Shown here piece after piece: positions 38,031 to 48,256 of a stretch of DNA of 64,000 bases. Each line of letters starts with the position of its first letter. Positions within the stretch are counted from its first letter, which is position 1. Below the pieces are notes generated by a model. It searched no databases and was not told where the DNA came from. It was given only the letters and a program-made list of their open reading frames with translations. A program made the translations under genes and the position numbers. Where the stretch lies: assembly GCA_023898565.1 (NCBI GenBank), contig CP060228.1, positions 156,170 to 220,169 of the forward strand, read 5' to 3'. The stretch is from Candidatus Nomurabacteria bacterium. Lineage in GTDB: Bacteria; Patescibacteriota; Minisyncoccia; Phycocordibacterales; UBA918.

Positions 38031-39182
38031 TCAAAGTTTTTGCTCAGGAACATTTTTTGACATAAACGAAATTATATTTTCAGCTCTCCTGCTCCATGTA
38101 TATTTGCTGGCCTGCTCTAGTAACTGGTTCGATACACCCGCCCTTTTTGCAATAACTTCACTAGCCACAGAAATAAAATCGCCCACATCATCAGGACTAA
38201 AAAAGTACCCTTCCTCTTTAAGCACTTCTCTAATTGATGGCAAATCAGAGGCGATTACAGGCTTCCCCATTGCCATATATTCAAATAGTTTAATTGGAGA
38301 CATGTAGTATCGATAGTGGTCAGTGTTTGGAAATGGAGCCACAAAAGCATCAGCTACGTTTAAATAACTCGCCATACTATGATGTGGAACTCTCCCGACA
38401 AAAAAGAATTTTTCTTTAACCGAATACATCTCAGCAATTCCCTGATATTCTGCGATATCTGCTTCAGACCCTCCAATCACTAAAAAAACGACCCCTGGAG
38501 GCAATTGTATCGCTGCTTCAATTAATAAACGAATTCCTTTGTCCATACCAAGCGTTTTAAGCATTCCTGCGTAACATATAATGTTTGCATCAATTGGTAT
38601 TCCAATTTTATCTCGTTTGACGGGAATAACATTAGGCGAGAACAGTTTTGGATCAAAACCGTTGGGAGCGGTTAAGACGTCAGAAACTGAAAGTCCAAAT
38701 CGGTTCACAACCTCTCTCTTCTTCCATTCGTTTGTAACTATGACAAGCCCTGCATTTTTAATGGCAGAGGTAAATAACTTCAAGTATCTCTCAGGAAAAT
38801 CATGCATTTCATAGAAGACACTTAAATAACGCCCAAAGAATAGTGCAAAAAAAATATCCCTAGTTACTACTTTCACGCCTTCGTTCTTTTTTTCCTTTCT
38901 AAAGAAGAACCAAAGTAACTGAAATAAAAATGACACTTCCAATAGGTAGTATCCAAACAACGTGTTGGGAAAAATAGTGACAATAGGTAAATAAGTAACT
39001 TTGAAATTTTTACTTACCCCATAAAATTCGAAAACATCCTCATTAAGGCTGTTTTTTCGTCTTGGAACAACCAAGTTAACCAAATGACCTTGTGCAGCAT
39101 AGGCCTCACACATTTTTGAGATTTGTAACCCATGAGCTTTTTCTGTCGGGATTCTTACATTCGCAACATAGTAAATATCCAT
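38031..39182 (-). CDS. Family 4 (GT-B) glycosyltransferase
   Basis: The C-terminal GT-B donor-binding signature is present: ...FVAPF...EYMAMGKPVIASDLPSIREVL. Confidence 0.75.
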   Translation of the reverse strand: MDIYYVANVRIPTEKAHGLQISKMCEAYAAQGHLVNLVVPRRKNSLNEDVFEFYGVSKNFKVTYLPIVTIFPNTLFGYYLLEVSFLFQLLWFFFRKEKKNEGVKVVTRDIFFALFFGRYLSVFYEMHDFPERYLKLFTSAIKNAGLVIVTNEWKKREVVNRFGLSVSDVLTAPNGFDPKLFSPNVIPVKRDKIGIPIDANIICYAGMLKTLGMDKGIRLLIEAAIQLPPGVVFLVIGGSEADIAEYQGIAEMYSVKEKFFFVGRVPHHSMASYLNVADAFVAPFPNTDHYRYYMSPIKLFEYMAMGKPVIASDLPSIREVLKEEGYFFSPDDVGDFISVASEVIAKRAGVSNQLLEQASKYTWSRRAENIISFMSKNVPEQKL

Positions 39183-39195
39183 ACGTAATTTTTAA

Positions 39196-40050
39196 TCACT
39201 CCAGCAGTGAAATTCCATATACACCAGCAACTAGACTCTTATCCTTACCAGTACTGCCTAACAAGTCAAGATTTTTGGCTTCCAGAGATTTTAACACTTC
39301 TAAACCGACCTTATCCTCAGCTACTAAACTATCATACAAGAAACGAAAAGCAGCCATATCCTTTATGAAACAAGCACCCCCTGCTCCACGACCACTCTTA
39401 TGAATCGGACTATTGTAATACGGTGACATCATAACGTCTTCGTCCATCATTTTTCTCACCGCTTCCCAGTCACCACCAGTTTTTTCACCTACCTCAAAAA
39501 GCAAATTAGAAAGAATCACTCTAAAGTAACCCTGTAGATTGTGCGCATATTTAAACAGTTCTGCCTCTTGAGCTAAAACTACGTGATTGTATTTCGACTT
39601 CGGGAACAATGACAACACTCTTTCAGCTGCCCCTTTCTGCTGCTCTGTGCTCAAAGGGTGACCAACTACATTTATAATCGGATTTGCCACATCATACGCA
39701 GCAGTCTTTTCGCACAAAAACTCAGGCGAAAATAGCACCGTAATACCTGGATACTTTTCTTGCAGTTTTTTTGTAGTGCCAGGCAGAATGGTTGATTTAA
39801 TAACGGCCACCGCTCCCTCAGTAACTAGCGCAAGAACTTCTTCGACAATACTATAATCGAAGCCCACAGGAGTGGTTGGTGTGGGGACGGCGATAAAAAC
39901 CACATCACATTCGGAGATCTTTTCCTCATTATGTACATACTCAGACTCTACAGAGTATCGAACCACCTCATAACCACGGTGTTCAAAATTATCAGCAATA
40001 TTTTTCCCGACAAAACCTTGTCCAATGCAACCGATTTTCATATACTTCAT
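39196..40050 (-). CDS. UDP-glucose/GDP-mannose dehydrogenase family protein, short form (C-terminal UDP-binding domain absent)
   Basis: MKIGCIGQGFVGKN is the NAD Rossmann motif, CDVVFIAVPTP is present, and GGACFIKD matches the catalytic GGxCxxKD. Only about 50 aa follow the catalytic Cys, so the usual C-terminal domain of about 100 aa is missing. Confidence 0.5.
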   Translation of the reverse strand: MKYMKIGCIGQGFVGKNIADNFEHRGYEVVRYSVESEYVHNEEKISECDVVFIAVPTPTTPVGFDYSIVEEVLALVTEGAVAVIKSTILPGTTKKLQEKYPGITVLFSPEFLCEKTAAYDVANPIINVVGHPLSTEQQKGAAERVLSLFPKSKYNHVVLAQEAELFKYAHNLQGYFRVILSNLLFEVGEKTGGDWEAVRKMMDEDVMMSPYYNSPIHKSGRGAGGACFIKDMAAFRFLYDSLVAEDKVGLEVLKSLEAKNLDLLGSTGKDKSLVAGVYGISLLE

Positions 40051-40142
40051 ATTAACACTCTAAATTTATTTTTAGTTACAACCAAAAGAATCAGGTGGCT
40101 TTTTAAAAATAAGTCAACAAAAAGCTCTTTAATTTAAACTAA

Positions 40143-40859
40143 TCAAACTTTCCTATATTCACTATTTTCTTTTACAAAGACAATATCAATCATTTTCAGC
40201 ACACCATTTTTATATGAATGTCCACCGAAGAAATCAAATACGACAAACGAGTTTTGTTTCATAAAACTAACGATAGTTGCAAAATCACTCGGGGTTGAAA
40301 CGCTACCTAGTGGATTAATCCAAGACTCCAACAAAACCACATCACACAATGCTAGAGTTTTAGTCGCCCCCCTCAAGACATCCATTTCAGCCCCCTCGAC
40401 ATCAATTTTAAGAAATATATTACCTTTAATATGATATTTTTCGCACAATGAATCGAGTTTCTTAACCTCTTTCTTAATAACACTAGAAGATTCACGATTG
40501 GCATATTTTGATGACAATCGACCGTTTTTATTTTCATAAAAATCAACAGTCCCATCCTCCGCGCCGCAGAAACAATTTTCAACATTAACAGTAGACATAT
40601 ATTGCTTTTCAAGCACATCCAGTGACTCACTATACCGAGAATCTGCCTCTACCAATAAGTAGTTATAATGTTTGAACGGGAAAGCATTGATTAACTCTGG
40701 CGTACCATCAGCAACACCAATGTCAATGACCCAATCTGGTTTTGATATTAACGTACTTAAAAACAAGAGTCCTTCACAATAAGGCTTCGCGGGAGCATGG
40801 TAATTAGTAATCCTTTTACCAAAATATCTGAATACTTTTTTGGTCATTTCTTTAATCAT
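40143..40859 (-). CDS. FkbM-family methyltransferase
   Basis: WVIDIGVADGTPELINAFPFKHYNYLLVEADSRY ... IDVEGAEMDVLRGA is the Methyltransf_21 pattern. Confidence 0.7.
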   Translation of the reverse strand: MIKEMTKKVFRYFGKRITNYHAPAKPYCEGLLFLSTLISKPDWVIDIGVADGTPELINAFPFKHYNYLLVEADSRYSESLDVLEKQYMSTVNVENCFCGAEDGTVDFYENKNGRLSSKYANRESSSVIKKEVKKLDSLCEKYHIKGNIFLKIDVEGAEMDVLRGATKTLALCDVVLLESWINPLGSVSTPSDFATIVSFMKQNSFVVFDFFGGHSYKNGVLKMIDIVFVKENSEYRKV

Positions 40860-40880
40860 ATGTATAACAATATCATTCGC

Positions 40881-41528
40881 TTATTTTGAAATTTTAAATA
40901 AGTAGCCCAATACATATTTATTACGCAAAGGTCTTCTCAACATAAAATACAGCCAATCAAGGCCATAGAATATAATCAAAAATACTGGCCTTAAAAATAG
41001 CGGCAAGCTTAAATTAAACATTTGAAATGAAGCAATGAAAGGACCCTCCTCAATTGGTATAATTTCTGTACACCTTGCTCCAGCACATTCAAATATTTTC
41101 CGCAACGATTCATCTGTATATCTAAAAAAATCAGAATGATCGGGGTGGTACCACATCAAAAACGGAACGAAACCTATAAGTTGTCCGTCATTTTTTGTTA
41201 TTCTAACCACCTCGTTTGCAATATGCTGATAATTAAATATGTGCTCCATTACGTTTAAAAAAAGTACAGTGTCGTACGAATTATCTACAGCAGGAAGAGT
41301 ATCGGTTTCAAAATTTACATTGTTTCCTGATTTTAAATCGAAGGTTTCAAACGTCACTCCTTCTTTCCTAGGAATAAATGAAAGGTATGATGATTTTCGA
41401 CCGCCGCCAATATCAATTGTTTTCCCTTTCAACTCTTCTTTCAAAAGTGCAAAATTAAGGTAAGCACGCGTTACACTTTTCCCACCACTAACTTCCATCA
41501 ATAAAAATTTAAATTTTGATAAATTCAT
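40881..41528 (-). CDS. Class I SAM-dependent methyltransferase
   Basis: KTIDIGGGRKSSYLSFIPRKEGVTFETFD..YDTVLFLNVMEHI is Methyltransf_11-like. Confidence 0.65.
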   Translation of the reverse strand: MNLSKFKFLLMEVSGGKSVTRAYLNFALLKEELKGKTIDIGGGRKSSYLSFIPRKEGVTFETFDLKSGNNVNFETDTLPAVDNSYDTVLFLNVMEHIFNYQHIANEVVRITKNDGQLIGFVPFLMWYHPDHSDFFRYTDESLRKIFECAGARCTEIIPIEEGPFIASFQMFNLSLPLFLRPVFLIIFYGLDWLYFMLRRPLRNKYVLGYLFKISK

Positions 41529-42532
41529 ACTTCAATTAATATTTTAGGTATTAGTTTCTCCAAACTATGAAATTCATTCACAAAGCCGATTTTTTTTTCT
41601 TCGATTGAGTTTCTTTCATCAAGGAATTTTATTATTTCATTAGAAAAATCTTTTTTATTTACAACTTGAGCAGCGCCGAGTTGCAAAGAGTTTGTGCCCT
41701 CAGCCATAGAGACCACAGGCAAGCCACAAGCCATCGCTTCGAGCACCGCCTTATCTAAGCTACCATTTTTTGCCGCCGTAACAAAAACTTTTGCTCTATT
41801 TAAAACGGCAGGCAATGAATTTTGATCGACTTTTCCAAGAAAATGAACTTTGTTCTCTAGTCCCTTTTTCGCAATACAACTTTTTAATCTTTCCAAATAC
41901 CTTTTTTCTGATTCAGTGACAGCCAATCCAACAATCGCCAAAGAAGCACTCGTCTTTTTGTTAACTAAGTTCAACACGTCGACAAGTACCAAAAGATTTT
42001 TAGATTCCGTAATTCTACCAACTGTAATCAGGTCAGTATCCTTTTCAATCTTTTGAGGCTTGAACAAATTAGTATCAATTCCGTGTCCAGTAACTACCAA
42101 TTTGTCACTAATTAGACGAAAACTTTCAACTGAGCCACTATAAATGGTATCTGCTAATTTCTCGGCTAAACGAAGTGAAAGGGGCACACTTCCGTGCATA
42201 TACCAAAAACCAATTCTTTTTCCTAAAATACGCCAAAGTGAGGCCCCTAAAATTACATAAATTTGATTCATGTGTACAAAAACTCGATCGTACTCATGCC
42301 GCAGACTCCAGATATACTTATAGAAACGCCACACATAGGTAAATCTCCCCTTCCCATCCTCTTTACCCAGGGAATGAACTGTGACATTGCTAGGCAAATC
42401 AAAATCACCTTGCCGCAAGCAAATGACATGTAGATGATCACAATGTTTCGCAAACTCTGCAATCCAACGATGGAAAAAGCCAAGCACTGGATGCTGCTTG
42501 TCTACCACCTGTGTAACGATAAGTAACTTCAT
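41525..42532 (-). CDS. Family 4 glycosyltransferase
   Basis: It has a GT-B fold: the N-terminus MKLLIVTQVVDKQHPVLGFFHRWIAEF and the C-terminus EAMACGLPVVSMAEG. It is the last gene of the AT-rich island. Confidence 0.7.
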   Translation of the reverse strand: MKLLIVTQVVDKQHPVLGFFHRWIAEFAKHCDHLHVICLRQGDFDLPSNVTVHSLGKEDGKGRFTYVWRFYKYIWSLRHEYDRVFVHMNQIYVILGASLWRILGKRIGFWYMHGSVPLSLRLAEKLADTIYSGSVESFRLISDKLVVTGHGIDTNLFKPQKIEKDTDLITVGRITESKNLLVLVDVLNLVNKKTSASLAIVGLAVTESEKRYLERLKSCIAKKGLENKVHFLGKVDQNSLPAVLNRAKVFVTAAKNGSLDKAVLEAMACGLPVVSMAEGTNSLQLGAAQVVNKKDFSNEIIKFLDERNSIEEKKIGFVNEFHSLEKLIPKILIEV

Positions 42533-42582
42533 AATCTATACAACTTACCACGACTACATGAAGTAACAATCGTAGCTAAATG

Positions 42583-43467
42583 TTACTTCTTAGCCACTAC
42601 ATCAAAGTGCACCGCACAGTAGTATTTGAGGAACGGTGGGGTGATTTTTTCGAGTAGAAAATTGAGCGGCTTCGCAACCACCACTCGCCAGACTGTGTCT
42701 AAAATATGCGGCAAAAAGATAATCGACTTTGGCAGCACTGCATACCCTACCGGCTTTAACTCCACTTCGGTAAACCCATCTAATAGATGGAGGACCTCAC
42801 GTCGTGTGTAATATCGTACTGGACCATTCTTAAACGGACGGCCGATCAGATTGAGTAGTGCTTGGTACGCAAGTCCTTGTATGCCCATAAGCGTAACCGA
42901 CCGCGGGAAAGATGAATACACCAGTAGCGTTCCGCCTGGTTTCAATACTCGCTTAATCTCACTCATTGCCTGCTCTACCACGCTCTTGTGATTATGAAGA
43001 AACACCGCTGAGACAATTGCTACATCAACACTACCATTCTTCAGCGGAAGCGTGTGGATGTCGGCATTGAGAAACAGCGCCGGCGTTTGCTGTTCTGCTT
43101 CATTGCCGTTATAGCGCTGCTTGAAGAGAGTGAGCATTTCGTACGCACTATCAACACCGATGTAGCCAGCAAGCGGCATATCAGGCAGTACGTACTTAGC
43201 CACGCGACCATAGCCAGTCCCACAATCAAGCAATACTTCATTGCCGGTGAGATGGCTTTTGATGTCGGCAATCTGGGTTTCTGATTTACGCTTCGCCTCG
43301 GTTTCATCCTTGGCAGAAATTACCGCGTGCGTAGGATTTTCGGTAGCAAGCTTGTCCCAAACGGTCTTTTCAGCGATTTCTTTTGCTATTTTGATGCCGT
43401 CTCGCTCAATCGTGGACTGCGGTTTAAGCAGTGTCTCTAATGTCTCTGTGTTCATAGTTCGGCCCAT
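42583..43467 (-). CDS. Class I SAM-dependent methyltransferase
   Basis: Motif I is LLDCGTGYGRVAKYVL, and LKPGGTLLVYSS is present. GC content returns to about 50% here. Confidence 0.65.
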   Translation of the reverse strand: MGRTMNTETLETLLKPQSTIERDGIKIAKEIAEKTVWDKLATENPTHAVISAKDETEAKRKSETQIADIKSHLTGNEVLLDCGTGYGRVAKYVLPDMPLAGYIGVDSAYEMLTLFKQRYNGNEAEQQTPALFLNADIHTLPLKNGSVDVAIVSAVFLHNHKSVVEQAMSEIKRVLKPGGTLLVYSSFPRSVTLMGIQGLAYQALLNLIGRPFKNGPVRYYTRREVLHLLDGFTEVELKPVGYAVLPKSIIFLPHILDTVWRVVVAKPLNFLLEKITPPFLKYYCAVHFDVVAKK

Positions 43468-43506
43468 AATACCACACTCATCTGCTGATACAGCAGCCTA
43501 TTTTAC

Positions 43507-44844
43507 CTACGTATGGTCTGATTCTGATGATTCACCAACGAAAAAAGCTTGTTCGATACTAGTACGGTAGGCCTCCTGATATTCACGCGGGTCGTGATGG
43601 AACTTTTCACGAATCATGTCTTGCGCATTTTCAATAAATTCCTCACGCTGCGGAACACTATTTAAAAGATCATTGACTCGGTCGGTAAAAGCCTGGACGT
43701 CACTCGGCTCACAGAGGTACGCGTCCTCACCATGTTCAAAAATATCAGCGCGCTTTTCGGTGCGTGACATAATCATCGGAATTCCAGCAGCGGCCCCCCG
43801 CAAGACAATTTCCTCACTTTCTGGATCGGTATCGGTCACGATAAGCATGTTGGCTGCCTTTAAATAAGGCAGCGCTTCTTCTGCCTTGGTCTCAAACACT
43901 ACCTGATGTTCAATCTCTAAAATTTTGGCGCGTTTTTCAAACTCCGATCGAGCTGGGCCATCACCAAGCACAATCATGCCCACTCGCGGATTACGTAAAA
44001 CAAACCGTGCTGCATCAAGTGCGCGAAAGAGCGTGCTTTGGTGATCTAAACGGCCGATGTATAGCAAGAAGAAAATGAACGGCTTGTACTTACTCTTAAG
44101 ATCAAGTGAAGACTCCGCGGTGATGAGTGCCTCGTAATTTTGGTACCGTGGCAAAAGTGCAATATCTGAAATAACGTATTTCTTTTGCAACCAAGTCAAC
44201 ATGGTGTCTGTCAGCGTACGCACACTCAGGAAACGCGGCACGGTGAAAATCGGCAAAAACAAACGCCAAAAATTACGGCGACTGCGGCGTAAAAAATCTG
44301 TCGTGCGATAGTCGTCAAGAATATGGAGCTGAGTTGGACGATCGTAGAGCTTAGCTGCCTGAAGCGCCACCACCGCTGACTCAAATGGATCACGAGCGAC
44401 GATTAAATCTGGCCGAAATCCTGAAGCAAACTCTAATTGGCTTTTGAGCATTTCCATACCAGCACGTGGTGTAAGCCACCACTGTGAGGCAGCAGCAGTA
44501 TAAATCCAAACATTTGGCGCCACACGCAAAACCGGATCCTTCGGTGCGATTCCAGTACGCAAAATCAGAATATGCACCTCATCGAACAGGTTACGAATAT
44601 CGATGTAACCATCGAGCGATTGCTGTGTAGGATTCAACAACTCTGTGTTATACGAGATAAAAAGTACGCGAGTAACGTTGCGATTTGATTTGAACTCGAG
44701 CATACGCTTAGAATGCAAAGCTTGCTCAGCGGTCACTCTACGCACAGCACCCTCCGCCGTTCGTTTTTCGTTACGGATGATGTACTGAAGCTCTGATGCT
44801 GCATGATCTGAAGCATCACGCTGTGAAAGATCTCGTCTCGCCAT
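43507..44844 (-). CDS. GT-B glycosyltransferase (GT4-like)
   Basis: The C-terminal half has the GT1/GT4 pattern (…GDGPARSEFEKRAKIL…EALPYLKAANMLIVTDTDPESEEIVLRGAAAGIPMIMS). Confidence 0.6.
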   Translation of the reverse strand: MARRDLSQRDASDHAASELQYIIRNEKRTAEGAVRRVTAEQALHSKRMLEFKSNRNVTRVLFISYNTELLNPTQQSLDGYIDIRNLFDEVHILILRTGIAPKDPVLRVAPNVWIYTAAASQWWLTPRAGMEMLKSQLEFASGFRPDLIVARDPFESAVVALQAAKLYDRPTQLHILDDYRTTDFLRRSRRNFWRLFLPIFTVPRFLSVRTLTDTMLTWLQKKYVISDIALLPRYQNYEALITAESSLDLKSKYKPFIFFLLYIGRLDHQSTLFRALDAARFVLRNPRVGMIVLGDGPARSEFEKRAKILEIEHQVVFETKAEEALPYLKAANMLIVTDTDPESEEIVLRGAAAGIPMIMSRTEKRADIFEHGEDAYLCEPSDVQAFTDRVNDLLNSVPQREEFIENAQDMIREKFHHDPREYQEAYRTSIEQAFFVGESSESDHT

Positions 44845-44863
44845 TACCAGCTAGTATAGCAGG

Positions 44864-46006
44864 CTATCTAGGGACACAAGAAGCGTAAGATTCCACTAAC
44901 TGCGTAATATAGGCTGCCTCATCCAGCGTCGTTTCGAGCGCCAGCTTGTGTCCTCGCACACCTTCAGTTGCTACGAGGCTATGATTTTTAAGATATACTT
45001 CCATTGCTTGTACATAGTGGTCACGGTCACCCACTAAAACCACCTGACCCGTTTCTCCACTCCTTACACACTCGCCGGCACAACCCACATCCGTAGTGAT
45101 AACTGGCATACCAGCTGCAGCTGCTTCAACCAGCACCATACCCCAACCTTCATGATTGGACGTAAGACAAAAGATGTCATGCGTTGCCATAATTGCCGCA
45201 ACGTTTTCAGTCCACGGGATAAACGTGACGCGGCTTTGTAAGCCAAGCGCAGTGATTTGCTTTTCAAGCACCTTCTGTAAAGAACCTCCACCAACAAGCG
45301 TAAGTGACGTATTTGGATATCGCACTGCCACTTGAGCAAACGCATCAATTAAAAACGGAAGATTCTTTTCCGGAGCAAACCGACCAACATATAAAAATGA
45401 GACTCTACCGCCCACTGCGTAATTTCTACTGACACCAACCGCCTTGAAAGCTGTGATATCTGAGAAAATCGGTAAGACGGTGATTTTTTCTTCCGATACA
45501 CCAAGCGATAGAAGTGAGCGCTTAATACGTGATGAAACGACGCGGATGCCGTCCGCGCGACGTACGGCCAAATGGCCGTACGTCGCGCGGACCCGCTGCA
45601 ATAAAGACACTTGATAACTCCGCGGATTAAATACGTCGCCATGAATTTGAATATGGTGGGTAGCGCAGTTGCCAAAGGCAACCGCGCTACCCACCACGCT
45701 CGTCTCAAACGGATCCTGACTCGATACCACCCAGTCACCACCCCGCTGCGCTAAAATCCGTCTACCAATTTTAAATGCTTGCCACATCATTCCTAATCGA
45801 GTACGAGTATTGGTGGCATACAAATGTAAATTACCATCCTGAACATACGCTGGGTATCCATCGTGTTTACGCGTAAATACAATAAGGTGATACTCACCCA
45901 TTGCTTCCGCATACGCCAACATACGCGCGCGCTCACGCGTGCCTGTCTCAAGCGCCCGCTTAGCGTAGCTGATTGCAATCAACCGCAACTTAGATTCGTC
46001 CTTCAT
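44864..46006 (-). CDS. Family 4 glycosyltransferase
   Basis: ...SRVTFIPWTENVAAIMATHDIFCLTSNHEGWGMVLVEAAAAGMPVITTDVGCAGECV is the GT4 EX7E region. Confidence 0.75.
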   Translation of the reverse strand: MKDESKLRLIAISYAKRALETGTRERARMLAYAEAMGEYHLIVFTRKHDGYPAYVQDGNLHLYATNTRTRLGMMWQAFKIGRRILAQRGGDWVVSSQDPFETSVVGSAVAFGNCATHHIQIHGDVFNPRSYQVSLLQRVRATYGHLAVRRADGIRVVSSRIKRSLLSLGVSEEKITVLPIFSDITAFKAVGVSRNYAVGGRVSFLYVGRFAPEKNLPFLIDAFAQVAVRYPNTSLTLVGGGSLQKVLEKQITALGLQSRVTFIPWTENVAAIMATHDIFCLTSNHEGWGMVLVEAAAAGMPVITTDVGCAGECVRSGETGQVVLVGDRDHYVQAMEVYLKNHSLVATEGVRGHKLALETTLDEAAYITQLVESYASCVPR

Positions 46007-47132
46007 AGATCGATGTAAGAAGTGAAACTATTTCTTTCACCACCTCTTCTTTAGCGAATTGTTTTGATCGACCACGAGCCGATTGCACTAATCGCTCGCG
46101 CGACTCAGGATGCCCAAGGACTCGCGCAATTGCTTCAGTCAGAGCATCAACATCGTTAAACTCCACTAAAAAGCCATTTACGCCATCAGTGATAAGCTCT
46201 GGATTGCCACCGGCATCAGTCGTCACAATTGGTGTACCAATATCCATTACCTCAATCAGCTGGTGAGAAAGTCCTTCATATGCAGTATTAAGTACAAAAA
46301 CATCAGCCGCTTTGATCGTAGCGCCGAGCGCGTCTTTGGTAATACTGCCAGTAAACCACACATGCTGTGCGAGCTTGAGCTGTGCTACCTTTTCTTCCAG
46401 TGCTGCGCGCTCGGCGCCATCACCCACAATAACCAACGCAATCTGCGGATATCGATCCTTTAGACGATGCACCACATCAATCAGTACCGAAAAGCCCTTC
46501 CAGGGCACCAGGCGCCCAGCCGAGACAATGGTTGGGTACGGGCACTCGAGCTCTTCGCGCAGTTCTTGTCTGGTTCCATGCACCTCGAGCGGATACAGTG
46601 CACTATAAATCACTTTTATCTTCTTCGAATCAATTCCCCACTGCACCACTACGCGCTTGAGATACTCACTCGGCACCACTACGCGCACGGCTTGTGACAC
46701 CACAAACGTCTGCACCTTCGCAAGCTGCCGCACCATAAATGGCCACGATGCCCGCTTCGTCAAAAAGACATCTAGCGTATCAGTCACTCCAAACCGCATC
46801 CGACCCTGCTCCCAAGCATAATCACCGCCCAGTCGGACCAAGAACGGCTTGTGACGCACTCTTGCTACCAAGTACGCAGCTAAGCCAACGCTGGTTGGAT
46901 CTAGCGCATAAATCATATCGGCACCTTTGCTTTCCCGCCAAAGCTTCCAAGCATACACCAGGTGTCGAAGCACTTTTGGATACTGTCTCACCCAGCCAAA
47001 CGGTACGGTGGTAAGCTCAAATCCATGTCCAGGCAGCTCCGTCTCAAGCATGGCAGCGTAGGTCGCTGGTCCGCCAATTTCCGGTGGATATAATCCTGTT
47101 GCAATCGTTACTTTCATATTCATTCTCATCAT
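45990..47132 (-). CDS. Family 4 glycosyltransferase
   Basis: MKVTIATGLYPPEIGGPATYAAMLE is the GT4 N-terminus, and EGLSHQLIEVMDIGTPIVTTDAGGNPELI is the C-terminal motif. It overlaps the downstream GT by 17 nt. Confidence 0.75.
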   Translation of the reverse strand: MMRMNMKVTIATGLYPPEIGGPATYAAMLETELPGHGFELTTVPFGWVRQYPKVLRHLVYAWKLWRESKGADMIYALDPTSVGLAAYLVARVRHKPFLVRLGGDYAWEQGRMRFGVTDTLDVFLTKRASWPFMVRQLAKVQTFVVSQAVRVVVPSEYLKRVVVQWGIDSKKIKVIYSALYPLEVHGTRQELREELECPYPTIVSAGRLVPWKGFSVLIDVVHRLKDRYPQIALVIVGDGAERAALEEKVAQLKLAQHVWFTGSITKDALGATIKAADVFVLNTAYEGLSHQLIEVMDIGTPIVTTDAGGNPELITDGVNGFLVEFNDVDALTEAIARVLGHPESRERLVQSARGRSKQFAKEEVVKEIVSLLTSIYEGRI

Positions 47133-47171
47133 ACCAATATCAGTCTCTTGGCAGAAGTAGACAGACTGCTT

Positions 47172-48194
47172 CTATAAGAGCCCGATGAGCTTCCGGGCTA
47201 ACTTTCGCGAATCGTGACGAATCAAGCTACGCTTAAGCACATCGCCTCGGCTTTTTTGTACCACCTCATCCGCCAGCAAATCAGCTGGAATAATTCGACA
47301 ATTCTCTGTCTCACAATTAAAGACGACCGGGTACTCGCCATCAGCAGCGTAGCGTGCCAGCAAATCAGCTGGCAGTGGTGCAGTATTAACCACCACGGCA
47401 TCTGGATGTCGTCCAATGTACCTGGTTATTTCTGACAAATGTTCAGCTAATCCCATACCTGCTGTCTGCCCCACCTTCGTCATGAGGTTTGAGACGTACA
47501 CTAATTTCGCTGTGGCGTGCCGAACCGCTTCGGACACTCCGTCCACGACACAATTTGCCAGTACGCTGGTATACAAATCGCCTGGACCGATTACAATCAA
47601 ATCAGCCTGCAAGAGAGCCGCTTCGGCCGCTTCGCTAATGGTGGCGTGGGGAGTGACCTCTAGCGCGATGATTTTGTGGCGCGCACGATCTTCGTCTGGC
47701 TCATCAATGCCGTGCTCTCCCACCAACTGTACGCCATCATCGTAGGTCGCCATAAGATTAACTTTTTCAGTAGTGACCGGAATCACGGCGCCACGCACAC
47801 CAAGGAGGCGACCGGCAGCGCGAATGGCAGCTTCCTCGCCGCCGAGAATATCAGTGAGCGCGACTAGTAGTAAATTGCCAAAGTTGTGCCCCGAGAGGCC
47901 GTGCCCTTTTTCAAACCGGTACAAGAACAGCTGGCGCACCAACTCTTCATATTCATCATCAGCACTCCCAAGGGCTGCAAGTGCCATACGCACATCACCG
48001 ACAGGCAGATAACCAAACTCATCACGCAGCCGCCCCGTCGAACCGCCTGAGTCAGCCATCGTTACAATCGCCGCGAGATCAACGTGCTTCTGATACTTTC
48101 GCAAACCTTTTAGTACGGTATGGGTTCCCGTTCCACCGCCAATAACAACCACTTTCTGTTTCTGCATCAGTGGACTATAACAGTAAATATTCAC
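47172..48194 (-). CDS. YvcK/CofD-like (UPF0052) gluconeogenesis-factor family protein
   Basis: KVVVIGGGTGTHTVLKGLRKY...AIVTMADSGGSTGRLRDEFGYLPVGDVRMALAAL is the hallmark YvcK N-terminus. The likely start is MQKQK at about 48167. Confidence 0.75.
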   Translation of the reverse strand: MNIYCYSPLMQKQKVVVIGGGTGTHTVLKGLRKYQKHVDLAAIVTMADSGGSTGRLRDEFGYLPVGDVRMALAALGSADDEYEELVRQLFLYRFEKGHGLSGHNFGNLLLVALTDILGGEEAAIRAAGRLLGVRGAVIPVTTEKVNLMATYDDGVQLVGEHGIDEPDEDRARHKIIALEVTPHATISEAAEAALLQADLIVIGPGDLYTSVLANCVVDGVSEAVRHATAKLVYVSNLMTKVGQTAGMGLAEHLSEITRYIGRHPDAVVVNTAPLPADLLARYAADGEYPVVFNCETENCRIIPADLLADEVVQKSRGDVLKRSLIRHDSRKLARKLIGLL

Positions 48195-48256
48195 CCCGTG
48201 TCACTTTACGTTTACAATAAATGTTTCTGAATAATACGTTATAATCAATCGATACC

